NCBI GenBank assembly: GCA_964531165.1
Contig: CAZHEA010000007.1
Location: 2,956-66,955 of the forward strand
From: an uncultured Thiotrichaceae bacterium
GTDB taxonomy: Bacteria; Pseudomonadota; Gammaproteobacteria; SZUA-229
Length of the DNA: 64,000 bases
Reading direction: 5' to 3'
In this document: piece by piece, positions 1-8,564 of the stretch
How positions within the stretch are numbered: position 1 is the first letter of the stretch
Layout of the letters: every line of letters starts with the position of its first letter
The notes under the pieces: model-generated
Seen by the model: only the letters and a program-made list of their open reading frames with translations
Told to the model about the DNA's origin: nothing
Databases searched by the model: none
Position numbers and translations under genes: made by a program

Positions 1-160
1 TGTTTCTCCTCGTTAATGGTGCAGTTACGGGTGGTTGTTTTTTGTTGCCATAATTAATGATGGCAGATAAATGGCGGTGCCAGCTAATGTGTTTATATTT
101 CCATAGCTAATCTACGGGTATTAGCCGGTTTTTGCCACTCATAATTAATCAAATTTAAAG

Positions 161-220
161 TTGTATATTAGATGTATCTTATGTATAGTCCGTATTATAG
201 TATATTTTAAATACATCTTT
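161..220 (+). promoter_or_regulatory. Putative sigma70 promoter with overlapping NsrR-type operator half-sites upstream of the globin gene
   Basis: -35 TTGTAT (161-166) and -10 TATAGT (184-189), 17-bp spacer. AGATGTATCTT lies in the spacer at 170-180. TAGTATATTTTAAATACATCTT at 198-219 resembles the gammaproteobacterial NsrR box half-site AAATRCATCTT. It is a degenerate palindrome. Confidence 0.35.
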
Positions 221-235
221 AAAGGAAATCTTTTT

Positions 236-601
236 ATGAGCACTTTATTTGAACGCATTGGTGGTGAAGCCGCTGTAGATCAGGCCGTTGATATATTCTA
301 CCGTAAGGTATTAATGGATGAGCGGGTTAACGGCTTTTTTGATGGCGTTGATATGGATCAGCAGATCAACAAACAAAAAGGTTTTCTGACCATGGCATTT
401 GGTGGCCCCAATAACTATACCGGTAAAGATATGCGCGAAGGTCATAAGCATCTGGTTGCTCGGGGCTTAAATGACAGCCATGTTGATGCCATTGTTGAAT
501 TATTAGGCGCTACGTTGCAGGAGTTGGGTGTGGCGGCAGAGGATATTCAGGAAGTGGCGGATATTGCTAATGGCGCCCGCAGTGACGTGCTTAATAAATA
601 A
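236..601 (+). CDS. glbN: Group I truncated hemoglobin (trHbN/cyanoglobin-like)
   Basis: ~120 aa. Contains the trHb signature F-L-T-M-A-F-G-G-P-N-N-Y-T-G-K-D-M-R-E-G-H-K-H-L (FxxxxGGPxxYxGxxMxxxH). ATG at 236 follows AAAGGAAA. The 161 start in the ORF track adds a low-complexity leader and is unlikely. Confidence 0.8.
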   Translation: MSTLFERIGGEAAVDQAVDIFYRKVLMDERVNGFFDGVDMDQQINKQKGFLTMAFGGPNNYTGKDMREGHKHLVARGLNDSHVDAIVELLGATLQELGVAAEDIQEVADIANGARSDVLNK

Positions 602-633
602 TAAATAGGTAATCCTGTTAAGGAAATATAGTG

Positions 634-1641
634 ATGACGCATATTATTTTTGATGACAAAAAAATTGAGATAGAAGATGGGCAGAGTGTATTGTCTGCGC
701 TGTTAAATCATAACTATGAAATTCCTAATAGTTGTCAGGCAGGTGTGTGTCAAAGTTGTATGTTGCAGGCGGTTGAGGGTGACATACCCGCTACCGCACA
801 GGCTGGGCTAAAAGACACGCTTAAGGCGCAGGGCTATTTTCTGGCCTGCAGCTGCCAACCAACATCACCTCTGAGGGTGGTTGCTGCCAATGATGCTGAG
901 ACACATAGTATGGCAACGGTGATTGAACATGAGCTTTTAAATCAGCATATTTTGCGATTGCGTTTAAAGCCTGCTGCTGATTTTAATTATAAAGCCGGGC
1001 AGTTTATTAATATCTGCAAAACCGACACACTTTCCAGAAGCTATTCACTGGCAAGTGTGCCTGGGCTGGATAATTTACTAGAGCTGCATATTCGACGTAT
1101 TACGGAAGGTAAACTGAGTTCGTGGTTACACGATGAGGTTCACCCCGGTGATGAATTGAAAATTCAACAGGCCAGTGGTGACTGTTTTTATGTGCCGGGT
1201 AACTCACAGCAAAAGCTGTTGTTAGCTGGCACCGGCACCGGTTTGGCACCGCTGATCGGTATTGCCCGTGATGCAATTGCCGGTGATGACGGTGAGGGGC
1301 ATTGTGGCGAGATTCATTTGATTCATGGCGCTAGAACCGAGCAGGATTTATATTTGCACCAGACATTACAGGCAATGGCGAAAAAACATAGCCAGTTTCA
1401 CTATCACACGAATGTGCTTGAAACTATGTCCAATGATGACAGTAGCGGCCAGACATTGCAGCAGCAAATTATGCAGATTATTGTTAATCCTGAAGAATGG
1501 AAAGCCTATCTGTGTGGTGATGCAAAGATAGTTAATCAACTGAAAATGCAGATATTTCTAAAGGGGGTCGCCATGAATCAGATTTATAGTGACCCGTTTG
1601 TGGTATCTGGTGTGGTATCTGGTGTGGTAGCCGGCGAATAG
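634..1641 (+). CDS. [2Fe-2S] ferredoxin-NAD(P)H oxidoreductase (Fd + FNR-like FAD/NAD module)
   Basis: The N-terminus carries a plant-type ferredoxin Cys cluster (CQAGVCQSC...LACSC). It has an RSYSLAS (RxYS) FAD motif and an LLAGTGTGLAPL (GTGxAP) NAD(P) motif. The start could be GTG 631 or ATG 634. The C-terminus ends in a VVSG tandem repeat. Confidence 0.7.
   Translation: MTHIIFDDKKIEIEDGQSVLSALLNHNYEIPNSCQAGVCQSCMLQAVEGDIPATAQAGLKDTLKAQGYFLACSCQPTSPLRVVAANDAETHSMATVIEHELLNQHILRLRLKPAADFNYKAGQFINICKTDTLSRSYSLASVPGLDNLLELHIRRITEGKLSSWLHDEVHPGDELKIQQASGDCFYVPGNSQQKLLLAGTGTGLAPLIGIARDAIAGDDGEGHCGEIHLIHGARTEQDLYLHQTLQAMAKKHSQFHYHTNVLETMSNDDSSGQTLQQQIMQIIVNPEEWKAYLCGDAKIVNQLKMQIFLKGVAMNQIYSDPFVVSGVVSGVVAGE
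1597..1632 (+). repeat. 12-nt tandem repeat (x3) at the 3' end of the reductase CDS
   Basis: tttgtggtatct ggtgtggtatct ggtgtggtagcc encodes VVSGVVSGVVAG. Confidence 0.8.
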
Positions 1642-1747
1642 CCGGCGCTATAAATATATAAATAACGGTAATACAGCATCAGGGATTTGAATTGAATTTT
1701 TTCAAAGTGTGGTTACCTTATTGCAGCGCATACGTTATAGTTTACTT

Positions 1748-2182
1748 ATGCAATTAACACACTACACAGATTATAGCCTGCGTGTACTTATCTTCCTGTC
1801 CCTGCAGGAGCCTGATCAGCGAGTCACTATTTCTGATATCGCCGAGCACTTTCAAATTCCCCGTAACCATCTGGTGAAGGTGGTACACAAGCTGGGCATT
1901 CTAAAAATTATCAATACCACCCGTGGTAAATATGGCGGTATTCGGCTGCAGATGTCAGCCAGCCAGATTTATATTGGAGATGTGGTCCGTAAGATGGAAG
2001 CACGTCTGGATATAGTCGATTGTAACTCGCCGTCACCTTGCCCGATCAAACCCGGTTGCCAGCTAAAATCTATTTTACAGCAAGCCGGAGATGCTTTTTT
2101 AGACGTGTTAGATAATTATACAATTGCAGACCTGCAGCAAAAACCAGATGAACTTAAAACGTTGTTACACTGGTCAGCATAG
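1748..2182 (+). CDS. nsrR: Rrf2-family transcriptional repressor, NsrR-like (NO-responsive)
   Basis: The N-terminus MQLTHYTDYSLRVLIFL matches the Rrf2/NsrR wHTH. The C-terminal region has the three Cys (CNSPSPCPIKPGC) typical of the Fe-S cluster ligands. It sits immediately downstream of the globin/reductase pair. Confidence 0.75.
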   Translation: MQLTHYTDYSLRVLIFLSLQEPDQRVTISDIAEHFQIPRNHLVKVVHKLGILKIINTTRGKYGGIRLQMSASQIYIGDVVRKMEARLDIVDCNSPSPCPIKPGCQLKSILQQAGDAFLDVLDNYTIADLQQKPDELKTLLHWSA

Positions 2183-2228
2183 AATTTGCTGACTGTGGTT
2201 ATGGTGCATGTAACCTGGAGGAAGCAGT

Positions 2229-3059
2229 ATGTCAGATGAACAGGCGGTTGCCTCACATTATGAACATGGCGATTTACTGAATGCGATTAAGCTTTCCCTG
2301 AAAAAACTTAATAAAACGCAACACGATGTCAGTATTGATGATCTGGCGGCAGTTGATGAATTTCATATCGGCGGGCGCATCGCCACACAAAATCTGCTAT
2401 CTCAGTTCGACATTGCTCAGCACCATCATTTGCTTGATATTGGCTGTGGTCTTGGGGGTGCTGCACGCTATGTTGCACAAAAGCATCATAACCGGGTGTC
2501 GGGAATTGACTTAACCGACGAGTTTGTTGCCACTGGAAACGAGCTTTGTGCCTGGGCTAATCTACAGCATAATATAAAACTTTATCACGGCAGTGCGCTA
2601 TCAATGCCATTTGAAAATGCCTCATTCGACGGTGCATACATGATGCATGTAGCAATGAATATTGAAGATAAAGCCGGTTTATTTAAAGAGATTCACCGGG
2701 TGCTGGATAGTGGAGCATGGCTGGGGGTTTATGACGTTATGCGGGTACAGGCGGGCGATTTGTTATACCCGGTCCCCTGGGCGGGTGAGGCGTCAACCAG
2801 TCATTTGGCGAGTCTGGAAAATTATAAACAGGTTATAGAATCTGCGGGTTTTGAGGTGTTATCACAACACAATCGACAGCAGTTTTCGCTGGACTTTTTT
2901 AAACAGTTACAGGAAAAAAATCAGGCAAACGGCGGTCCGCCAGCTTTAGGCCTACATACGCTCATGCAGGAGTCCACCGGTATAAAAATTAAGAATATGA
3001 TTGAAAATATTAGCCGGGGATATATTGCACCGTTTGAATTAACCGCGAGAAAGATATAA
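2229..3059 (+). CDS. Class I SAM-dependent methyltransferase
   Basis: Motif I LLDIGCGLGGAARYV with an acidic residue downstream (GIDLTDEF). Fold-level call only. Confidence 0.6.
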   Translation: MSDEQAVASHYEHGDLLNAIKLSLKKLNKTQHDVSIDDLAAVDEFHIGGRIATQNLLSQFDIAQHHHLLDIGCGLGGAARYVAQKHHNRVSGIDLTDEFVATGNELCAWANLQHNIKLYHGSALSMPFENASFDGAYMMHVAMNIEDKAGLFKEIHRVLDSGAWLGVYDVMRVQAGDLLYPVPWAGEASTSHLASLENYKQVIESAGFEVLSQHNRQQFSLDFFKQLQEKNQANGGPPALGLHTLMQESTGIKIKNMIENISRGYIAPFELTARKI

Positions 3060-3151
3060 AAATCAAATGTGCCATAACCGGCAGCTTTGGTTGTTTATAA
3101 TGGATTGAAAATAAATGGAACCTTTTCGCCTGCTCAAGCGTGTACATATAT

Positions 3152-3730
3152 ATGAACGTGAAAAAACTATGGACTACCCAGCCCTCAGAACAGGATCAGT
3201 TTGAAGCGCTAATTCAGCCGCATCTTAAACAACTTTATAAACTGGCCTATCGCTTTAGCGGCCAACAGCATGATGCAGAAGACCTGGTGCAGGACATTCT
3301 GCTCAAACTCTACCCGCGACTCAAAGAAATGCAGACCATTGAAAAATTGGGTCCGTGGCTGGCCCGTGTGCTGTACCGTCACTTTGTTGATAAATTACGC
3401 AGTAAGCAGCGTGCACCATTACAGCTGGTGGGTGATGATGACGAGAAAATTCTCGAAGACTATAGCGAGCAGTCGCCAGGGCCGGCGGGCACTAAAGAGC
3501 GGAACCTGTTACAGCAGCAATTACAGGAATCTCTGGGTCAGTTGAATGAAGATCAGCGTGTTCTGGTCATTCTGCATGACGTAGAAGGCTACACTCTGCA
3601 GGAAATTCACACAATGTATGACGTATCAATTGGTACGTTGAAATCCCGTTTAAACCGTGCCCGTAGTCGCTTAAGAGAATCATTAAAAAAAATGGAACCT
3701 TTTGAGGCCGGGAGTCGTGTAAATGAATAA
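3152..3730 (+). CDS. ECF (group IV) sigma-70 family sigma factor
   Basis: It has a sigma-2 region (DAEDLVQDILLKLY) and a sigma-4 HTH (LQEIHTMYDVSIGTLKSRLNRAR). It is ~190 aa. Its stop overlaps the downstream anti-sigma start by 8 nt. Confidence 0.75.
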   Translation: MNVKKLWTTQPSEQDQFEALIQPHLKQLYKLAYRFSGQQHDAEDLVQDILLKLYPRLKEMQTIEKLGPWLARVLYRHFVDKLRSKQRAPLQLVGDDDEKILEDYSEQSPGPAGTKERNLLQQQLQESLGQLNEDQRVLVILHDVEGYTLQEIHTMYDVSIGTLKSRLNRARSRLRESLKKMEPFEAGSRVNE

Positions 3731-4415
3731 CAGGATAAGAATTATGAACTGCACAGACATAGACACATTACTTGATGACTACCTTGATCACGATTTGCTG
3801 GTACATGAGCAAAGATCGGTCGAGCTGCATATCAACAACTGCACAGCTTGTCAGCAAAGTTTGAAAGAAGCACAGGCGGTACGTGAAGCATTAGCATCAT
3901 TGCCGCTGGTTGAAGCCTCAGACAACTTTGAAAGCCGGGTGTTTGCTGAAGTGCGTAAACAACATCAGGGTGGTCAGCATGACCGTCGATTTCTAAATGG
4001 TTTTGTTACGGCATTAGCCGCAAGTGTGTTTTTATGGGTAGCTGTACCAATGATTTTTGCACCGCAAGAGTCACTGTCAGGTAGCAATACCATCTCTGTA
4101 GCAATGAATGAAACTCGTCCTGTCAGATTGTTGTTTGAAGCGCCTGATGCAATTGAACAGGTAACGCTAAGTATAGAGTTACCTGCCAATGTTGAACTGA
4201 AAGGTTACCCCGGTCGCAGTCAGCTAAGCTGGAGCACCAGTCTGAAAAAAGGTCAGAACGTTTTGGCGTTGCCGATAAATGCAATAGAGGCGGGTAAGGG
4301 AGAACTAGTTGCCCACCTTAGCTATGGTGACAAAACCAAAACCTATCGATTAATTTTAAAAACTACAGATAACGGCGTGATGAGCTATCAGATTCAGCCA
4401 GTGACATCTGCTTAA
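3723..4415 (+). CDS. Membrane-spanning zinc-binding (ZAS-type) anti-sigma factor
   Basis: Translationally coupled to the ECF sigma. It has an N-terminal H-x3-C-x2-C motif (HINNCTAC). It has a single TM helix (FVTALAASVFLWVAVPMIFAP) followed by a ~110-aa periplasmic domain. An alternative start is ATG 3744. Confidence 0.6.
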   Translation: MNNRIRIMNCTDIDTLLDDYLDHDLLVHEQRSVELHINNCTACQQSLKEAQAVREALASLPLVEASDNFESRVFAEVRKQHQGGQHDRRFLNGFVTALAASVFLWVAVPMIFAPQESLSGSNTISVAMNETRPVRLLFEAPDAIEQVTLSIELPANVELKGYPGRSQLSWSTSLKKGQNVLALPINAIEAGKGELVAHLSYGDKTKTYRLILKTTDNGVMSYQIQPVTSA

Positions 4416-4434
4416 AAAACTTTGGAGAAATATT

Positions 4435-5010
4435 ATGAAAACATTAAGCAAAGCAATTATTTTAGGGCTGGGCATGACATTGCCTTTAGGCGCAATGGCC
4501 GCAGCTGACGACGTAACGATTCGTGTAATGGAGATGAATGAAGCTTCTTCAGATCATGTTATGGAAAATATTGAACTGCCGGAAATGGCTCGTGAGCGTG
4601 CAAAAGAAAGTGCTCAGCATGGTTTAGAGCATGCGAATGACAAGGCGGCAGAGCATAAAGAAAAAATGGATCATGCTGATGAAGATGAAGAGCATGCCAT
4701 GAATAAAGATCGTGACATGGATAAAGAGCATGACATGGATCAGGATCGAGAAATGGACCAGGATCGTGACATGGAACGCGAAATGGAAGAAGATCGTGAA
4801 ATGGAACGTGAGCATGAAGGCGATCGTGATGATAGCGATGTGAATGATCGTATTAATGAAGAGCGTGAAGAGCATGAGCGTCGTGGTGAAGATGGTCCGA
4901 ATAGCCCGGATGATATTGAGCGACCTGAGTTCGACGCTCCGGAAATAGACGTTCCAGAGTTCGATTCGTCTGTTCAGGAAAGACCTGAGCTACGTGGTGG
5001 ACAACGTTAA
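4435..5010 (+). CDS. Secreted, highly acidic His/Met/Asp/Glu-rich repeat protein (function unknown; possible metal-binding)
   Basis: Sec signal peptide (MKTLSKAIILGLGMTLPLGAMAAADD). It is a low-complexity D/E/H/M/R-rich protein. It contains roughly seven tandem DRDME-like pentapeptide units encoded by a 15-nt DNA repeat (4708-4830). A strong terminator follows. Confidence 0.55.
   Translation: MKTLSKAIILGLGMTLPLGAMAAADDVTIRVMEMNEASSDHVMENIELPEMARERAKESAQHGLEHANDKAAEHKEKMDHADEDEEHAMNKDRDMDKEHDMDQDREMDQDRDMEREMEEDREMEREHEGDRDDSDVNDRINEEREEHERRGEDGPNSPDDIERPEFDAPEIDVPEFDSSVQERPELRGGQR
4708..4830 (+). repeat. 15-nt tandem repeat array (about 7-8 units) inside the acidic-protein CDS
   Basis: Units of the form GATCGTGACATGGAA / GATCAGGATCGAGAAATGGAC encode DRDME/DQDREMD pentapeptides. 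Confidence 0.8.
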
Positions 5011-5061
5011 TCTGAAAGCATATGATTTTTAGTTTTTATTAAAAATTGAGCTATGAATAAA

Positions 5062-5093
5062 CCTCCCCCTGCAAATGCAGGGGGAGGTTTATT
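5062..5093 (+). terminator. Rho-independent terminator
   Basis: Perfect 11-12 bp GC-rich stem CCTCCCCCTGCA-AAT-GCAGGGGGAGG followed by TTTATT. Confidence 0.75.
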
Positions 5094-5146
5094 AGTGTAT
5101 GGAAAATCATTTACAGGTAGATGGTATGTTTGGATGTAAAAAGAAT

Positions 5147-6481
5147 ATGAGTCGCTGGTTGTTAATCGCATTACTGTTTGTTTCTATGCAACTAATTGCG
5201 GCGGAAGAAGAAAGTTCAGTGAACAAAAATTTTGCACAGGGTATTAGTTATTTTAAGCAGGCTAATTATAGCAGTGCAGTTAAAAAGTTCGAGTTGGCAC
5301 GTCAACAGGGAAATCGCAGTACCGCACTCTATTACAATCTGGGAAGTGCGTATTATAAATTAGAGCAGTATAAAAATGCCGAACGTTATTTTAGTGCGTT
5401 GATTAAGCAACCGAAGATGAAATCTCTGGCCGAGTACAATCTGGGTCTGATCGCGGTTAAACAAAAAGATTCGCTAACCGCTAAAAAATATTTCCAGTCG
5501 ATTGTAAAAACCAGCCGGGATAAAAAAGTGGTATATCTGGCCAGTCAGCAGTTATCATCATTAGATAGCAAAAGTCTGCCACAAAAAAAATTATCATCAA
5601 AAAAAACCAGGGGTTCAGTCTATCTGAGTGGTAGTCTGGGCTATGACAGTAATATTAATTTCGCGCCTGTAGATATAGGTTCGGAAGAGTCAGGTATGTT
5701 TTTTGATGCGTTGTTATCGGCAGACTATTTGTTTTCCGGTAAGTCTACTGATGGCTGGAGTGTTGAGGGTCTGTTATATACGATTCGTTACGAAGATACA
5801 GGTAACCCTTTAATTCCAAAGGGTGCATTTGATCAGGACGAATATGGTGTCAGTTTGAAGAAAACTCAGAAATTAGCCGGTTGGAATACTCATTTCAAAC
5901 TGGGTTTAGATAAGCTAACCTATGGGGCGAGAGACTATCAGTCAATTCTTAAGCTGGAAGCCCGAGGCCGGCATAGACTTTCAAACACAGACAGAGTTTA
6001 CTTGCGTTATCGCTATGAAGATATTAGTAGCGACGATGTGGTGTTTGATTATACCGAAGGCTGGCGTCAGAAAATCAGAGGCGAGTTTCGTCGTTATCAT
6101 AAAAATAATTATTTTCAGCTTTATTATGAACTGGAGTTGAATGACAGAAATGATCTGGTCAGAGTTGATGCCGTTGATGGCAGTATTAGTGAGTTTAGTT
6201 ATTCACCTACCCGTCATACATTACGTGGAAAATATAATTTAAAATTAAATACCAAATGGGATCTAACCGCCGATCTTGCCTATCGCAAGAGTGATTATCC
6301 TTCAACCAGTACTCAAAATCGTAATGATGATCGTTGGAAAGCTATAGCTTCTGCAAATTATAAACTTGATAAAACAATGAAGTTAAAGCTTAAGCTGGAG
6401 TATACGGACAATGCATCATCAGATGATTTATATGTTTATGACCGGCAGGTTGTTGCGGTTAGTCTGAATAAATTGTTTTAA
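5147..6481 (+). CDS. Outer-membrane protein: N-terminal TPR domain + C-terminal beta-barrel (Slam/DUF560, type 11 secretion-like; tentative)
   Basis: Signal peptide MSRWLLIALLFVSMQLIAA. There are about three TPR units (AVKKFELARQQGN...YYNLGSAYYKLEQYKNAERYF...). A K-rich linker follows. The last ~285 aa show an alternating amphipathic beta pattern and end in the aromatic residue F (..VSLNKLF). Its size (~445 aa mature) and architecture match Slam proteins. The ORF-track start 5099 leaves no room after the terminator, so 5147 or 5126 is preferred. Confidence 0.5.
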   Translation: MSRWLLIALLFVSMQLIAAEEESSVNKNFAQGISYFKQANYSSAVKKFELARQQGNRSTALYYNLGSAYYKLEQYKNAERYFSALIKQPKMKSLAEYNLGLIAVKQKDSLTAKKYFQSIVKTSRDKKVVYLASQQLSSLDSKSLPQKKLSSKKTRGSVYLSGSLGYDSNINFAPVDIGSEESGMFFDALLSADYLFSGKSTDGWSVEGLLYTIRYEDTGNPLIPKGAFDQDEYGVSLKKTQKLAGWNTHFKLGLDKLTYGARDYQSILKLEARGRHRLSNTDRVYLRYRYEDISSDDVVFDYTEGWRQKIRGEFRRYHKNNYFQLYYELELNDRNDLVRVDAVDGSISEFSYSPTRHTLRGKYNLKLNTKWDLTADLAYRKSDYPSTSTQNRNDDRWKAIASANYKLDKTMKLKLKLEYTDNASSDDLYVYDRQVVAVSLNKLF

Positions 6482-6708
6482 AGAGAACCGGCTGAGACCG
6501 GCTACTAAATATATCCCGGTTTATTTTGTCCCTATTAGCCATTCGCACTCAGCGAGTGGCTAAAAAATACACGATGACCATTAATATGGGAAATGGCACT
6601 GAATTGGTTTATGACAGAGTATGAAGAGCGACTGACGGATTATATTTAATCCGGGCAGTTGCACAGAATTGATGCCCCAACTTTTTAGCCAGTCTGCTTT
6701 GGTTAGCG

Positions 6709-7188
6709 TTATTTACAGCTTTTAGAGAGCGTGGCTTTGCTTTTGGTAATACGCGCCTGTTTCTCTTTGTCAGACAGATAGGTTATATTTCCATCAGCAT
6801 CTTTGCTTCTAATTCGTCCACGGGATTCCATAGATGCCAGGTTGTTACGAATTTGTTCGCAGTCTGCCATGCGTTGTTTCTTTTCAGCACGGGTTTCTTT
6901 TTCTTCCTCAGGTTCATCCTCTTCTGCTTTAGGTGACTTGGCGGTCTGGGTGTCACTACTTTTAAAGCTTGGACGTTTATAGGATGATGTATCTTTAGGA
7001 GCATATTGCTGCACTTTCATTCTTTCAGAAGATGTGTTGGCAGGGCGCTGCTGAGAATAATGCACGTTTCCTTCATCATCTACCCACTTATATATGCCTG
7101 CATTGCATACTGAAACCAGTAGCATCAGTGTGCTAATAAATATAATTTGACGGATGAAGTGCTTAAAATGTAGCTGATTTAAAATCAT
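6709..7188 (-). CDS. DUF4124-domain secreted protein
   Basis: N-terminal TM/signal peptide then the GIYKWVDDEGNVHYS motif characteristic of DUF4124. The C-terminus is low-complexity and charged. Confidence 0.5.
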   Translation of the reverse strand: MILNQLHFKHFIRQIIFISTLMLLVSVCNAGIYKWVDDEGNVHYSQQRPANTSSERMKVQQYAPKDTSSYKRPSFKSSDTQTAKSPKAEEDEPEEEKETRAEKKQRMADCEQIRNNLASMESRGRIRSKDADGNITYLSDKEKQARITKSKATLSKSCK

Positions 7189-7528
7189 AGTGATTCACTT
7201 TTTATTGAAAATTAAAACCACGTTCTAAAGTTAAGTGGTGTGGTTTGATGCTATGCATTAATACTTTTGAGCTTTCGAGTATAAGTATCGAGCATGATAT
7301 CTTCTTATTGTTTTTATACACCTTTAATAGAGAGGAATCAAAATTAGGTTATTAAAATGTGATTGTTTATTTTATGTTGTTTGTTGATTTTATAGTAGTT
7401 TTGCTTTGATTTGTACATTTCTACTGTGTCAAATCAACTATTCAATCGATATATGACAACATAATCTTTGCATATAGCCAATTGCTTGGTACTATAACGC
7501 CTCCCTAGAGTCCGTATAAGTAAATGTT

Positions 7529-8428
7529 ATGGCAGATCGACGACTAAAAGTATTTCATACGGTAGCCAAGCTACTGAACTTTACCAAGGCAGCGGATGCT
7601 CTACATATGACTCAACCGGCGGTGACATTTCAAATTCGTCAGTTAGAAGAATATTTTAACACCCGTTTATTTGACCGTACACATAACCGTGTCAGCCTCA
7701 CTGAAGCGGGCCTGCGAGTGTATAGTTTCTCTGGCCGTATCTTTGAACTCTATGATGAGATGGAGCATTCAATACGTGAGATGACCGGTGATGTTAGTGG
7801 TGTCGTTACCCTTGGGGCGAGTACCACCATTGCTGAATATATGTTGCCGTTTTTGCTGGGTGACTTTAAAGCTAAAAACCCGGAAGTAAATATTCGCCTG
7901 AAAGTATCTAATACCGATGGTATTGTTTCGATGGTGGAAAACAATATTATTGATCTGGGTATAGTTGAAGCATCGGTCAGTAATAAAAATTTACAGGTTG
8001 ATGTCTGTCGTATGGATCAGCTGGTCGCGATTATGCCACCTGATCATGCGTTGGCAAATAATGAAACCATAGCTGCGCAGGAAATTGTATCGCACCCTTT
8101 TATCTGTCGCGAAGAGGGTTCGGGCACCCGTGAAGTGATTGCCGAGTATTTACTGGAAACCGGCATTAAAGACGAGCCTAATATCTGTCTTGAGTTAGGT
8201 AGCCCGGAATCAATTAAGAGTGCTGTAGAAGCTGGAATGGGTATTTCTATCATGTCCCTGTCAACGGTGCAGAAAGAAATTAAGCTTAATACCTTAAAGG
8301 TAATTCCACTGGACCCACCACTGGAGCGTCCATTCTCATTTGTTCATCAGCGCCATAAGTTTAAAGTGCGGGCAATGGAAGAGTTACTTGAATTTGCCAA
8401 GCAGTATTGCCAGTCACACCCGAAATAG
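7529..8428 (+). CDS. LysR-family transcriptional regulator
   Basis: N-terminal HTH (LKVFHTVAKLLNFTKAADALHMTQPAVTFQIRQLE) plus a LysR substrate-binding domain. It is divergent from the DUF4124 gene. Confidence 0.8.
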   Translation: MADRRLKVFHTVAKLLNFTKAADALHMTQPAVTFQIRQLEEYFNTRLFDRTHNRVSLTEAGLRVYSFSGRIFELYDEMEHSIREMTGDVSGVVTLGASTTIAEYMLPFLLGDFKAKNPEVNIRLKVSNTDGIVSMVENNIIDLGIVEASVSNKNLQVDVCRMDQLVAIMPPDHALANNETIAAQEIVSHPFICREEGSGTREVIAEYLLETGIKDEPNICLELGSPESIKSAVEAGMGISIMSLSTVQKEIKLNTLKVIPLDPPLERPFSFVHQRHKFKVRAMEELLEFAKQYCQSHPK

Positions 8429-8564
8429 TTCGCTTAGTGTTAGTGTGACGTTGTATTTATTCAGTGCAAAGTTACGCTAATCTAAGCATTTAGCTGATTC
8501 TCAAAGTAAAACCTGCACAACTTTCCTGTTACAATAAAAAAATTAAATATTCAGGAGTGCAATT

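Noticed and set aside
4624-4875. 83-aa minus-strand ORF (Ile/Phe/His-rich) inside the acidic repeat gene.
   Set aside because: It is the antisense reading of a low-complexity GAT/GAA/CAT repeat region, a frame artefact.
5583-5612. Two A8 homopolymer tracts inside the TPR-barrel gene (ccacaaaaaaaattatcatcaaaaaaaaccagg). They are a possible slipped-strand phase-variation switch.
   Set aside because: Equivalent A8 tracts encoding Lys runs occur in housekeeping genes in this window: pcnB around 52815, the PstS-OmpA gene around 31084, and the wspE start. They therefore reflect AT-rich Lys codon usage rather than a specific contingency locus. This cannot be excluded without population data.
7189-7528. 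Possible LysR operator (TATAG-N14-CTATA) in the divergent DUF4124/LysR intergenic region.
   Set aside because: It is a single weak dyad in a very AT-rich region. It cannot be distinguished from chance without a PWM or footprint, so it is not reported as a feature.
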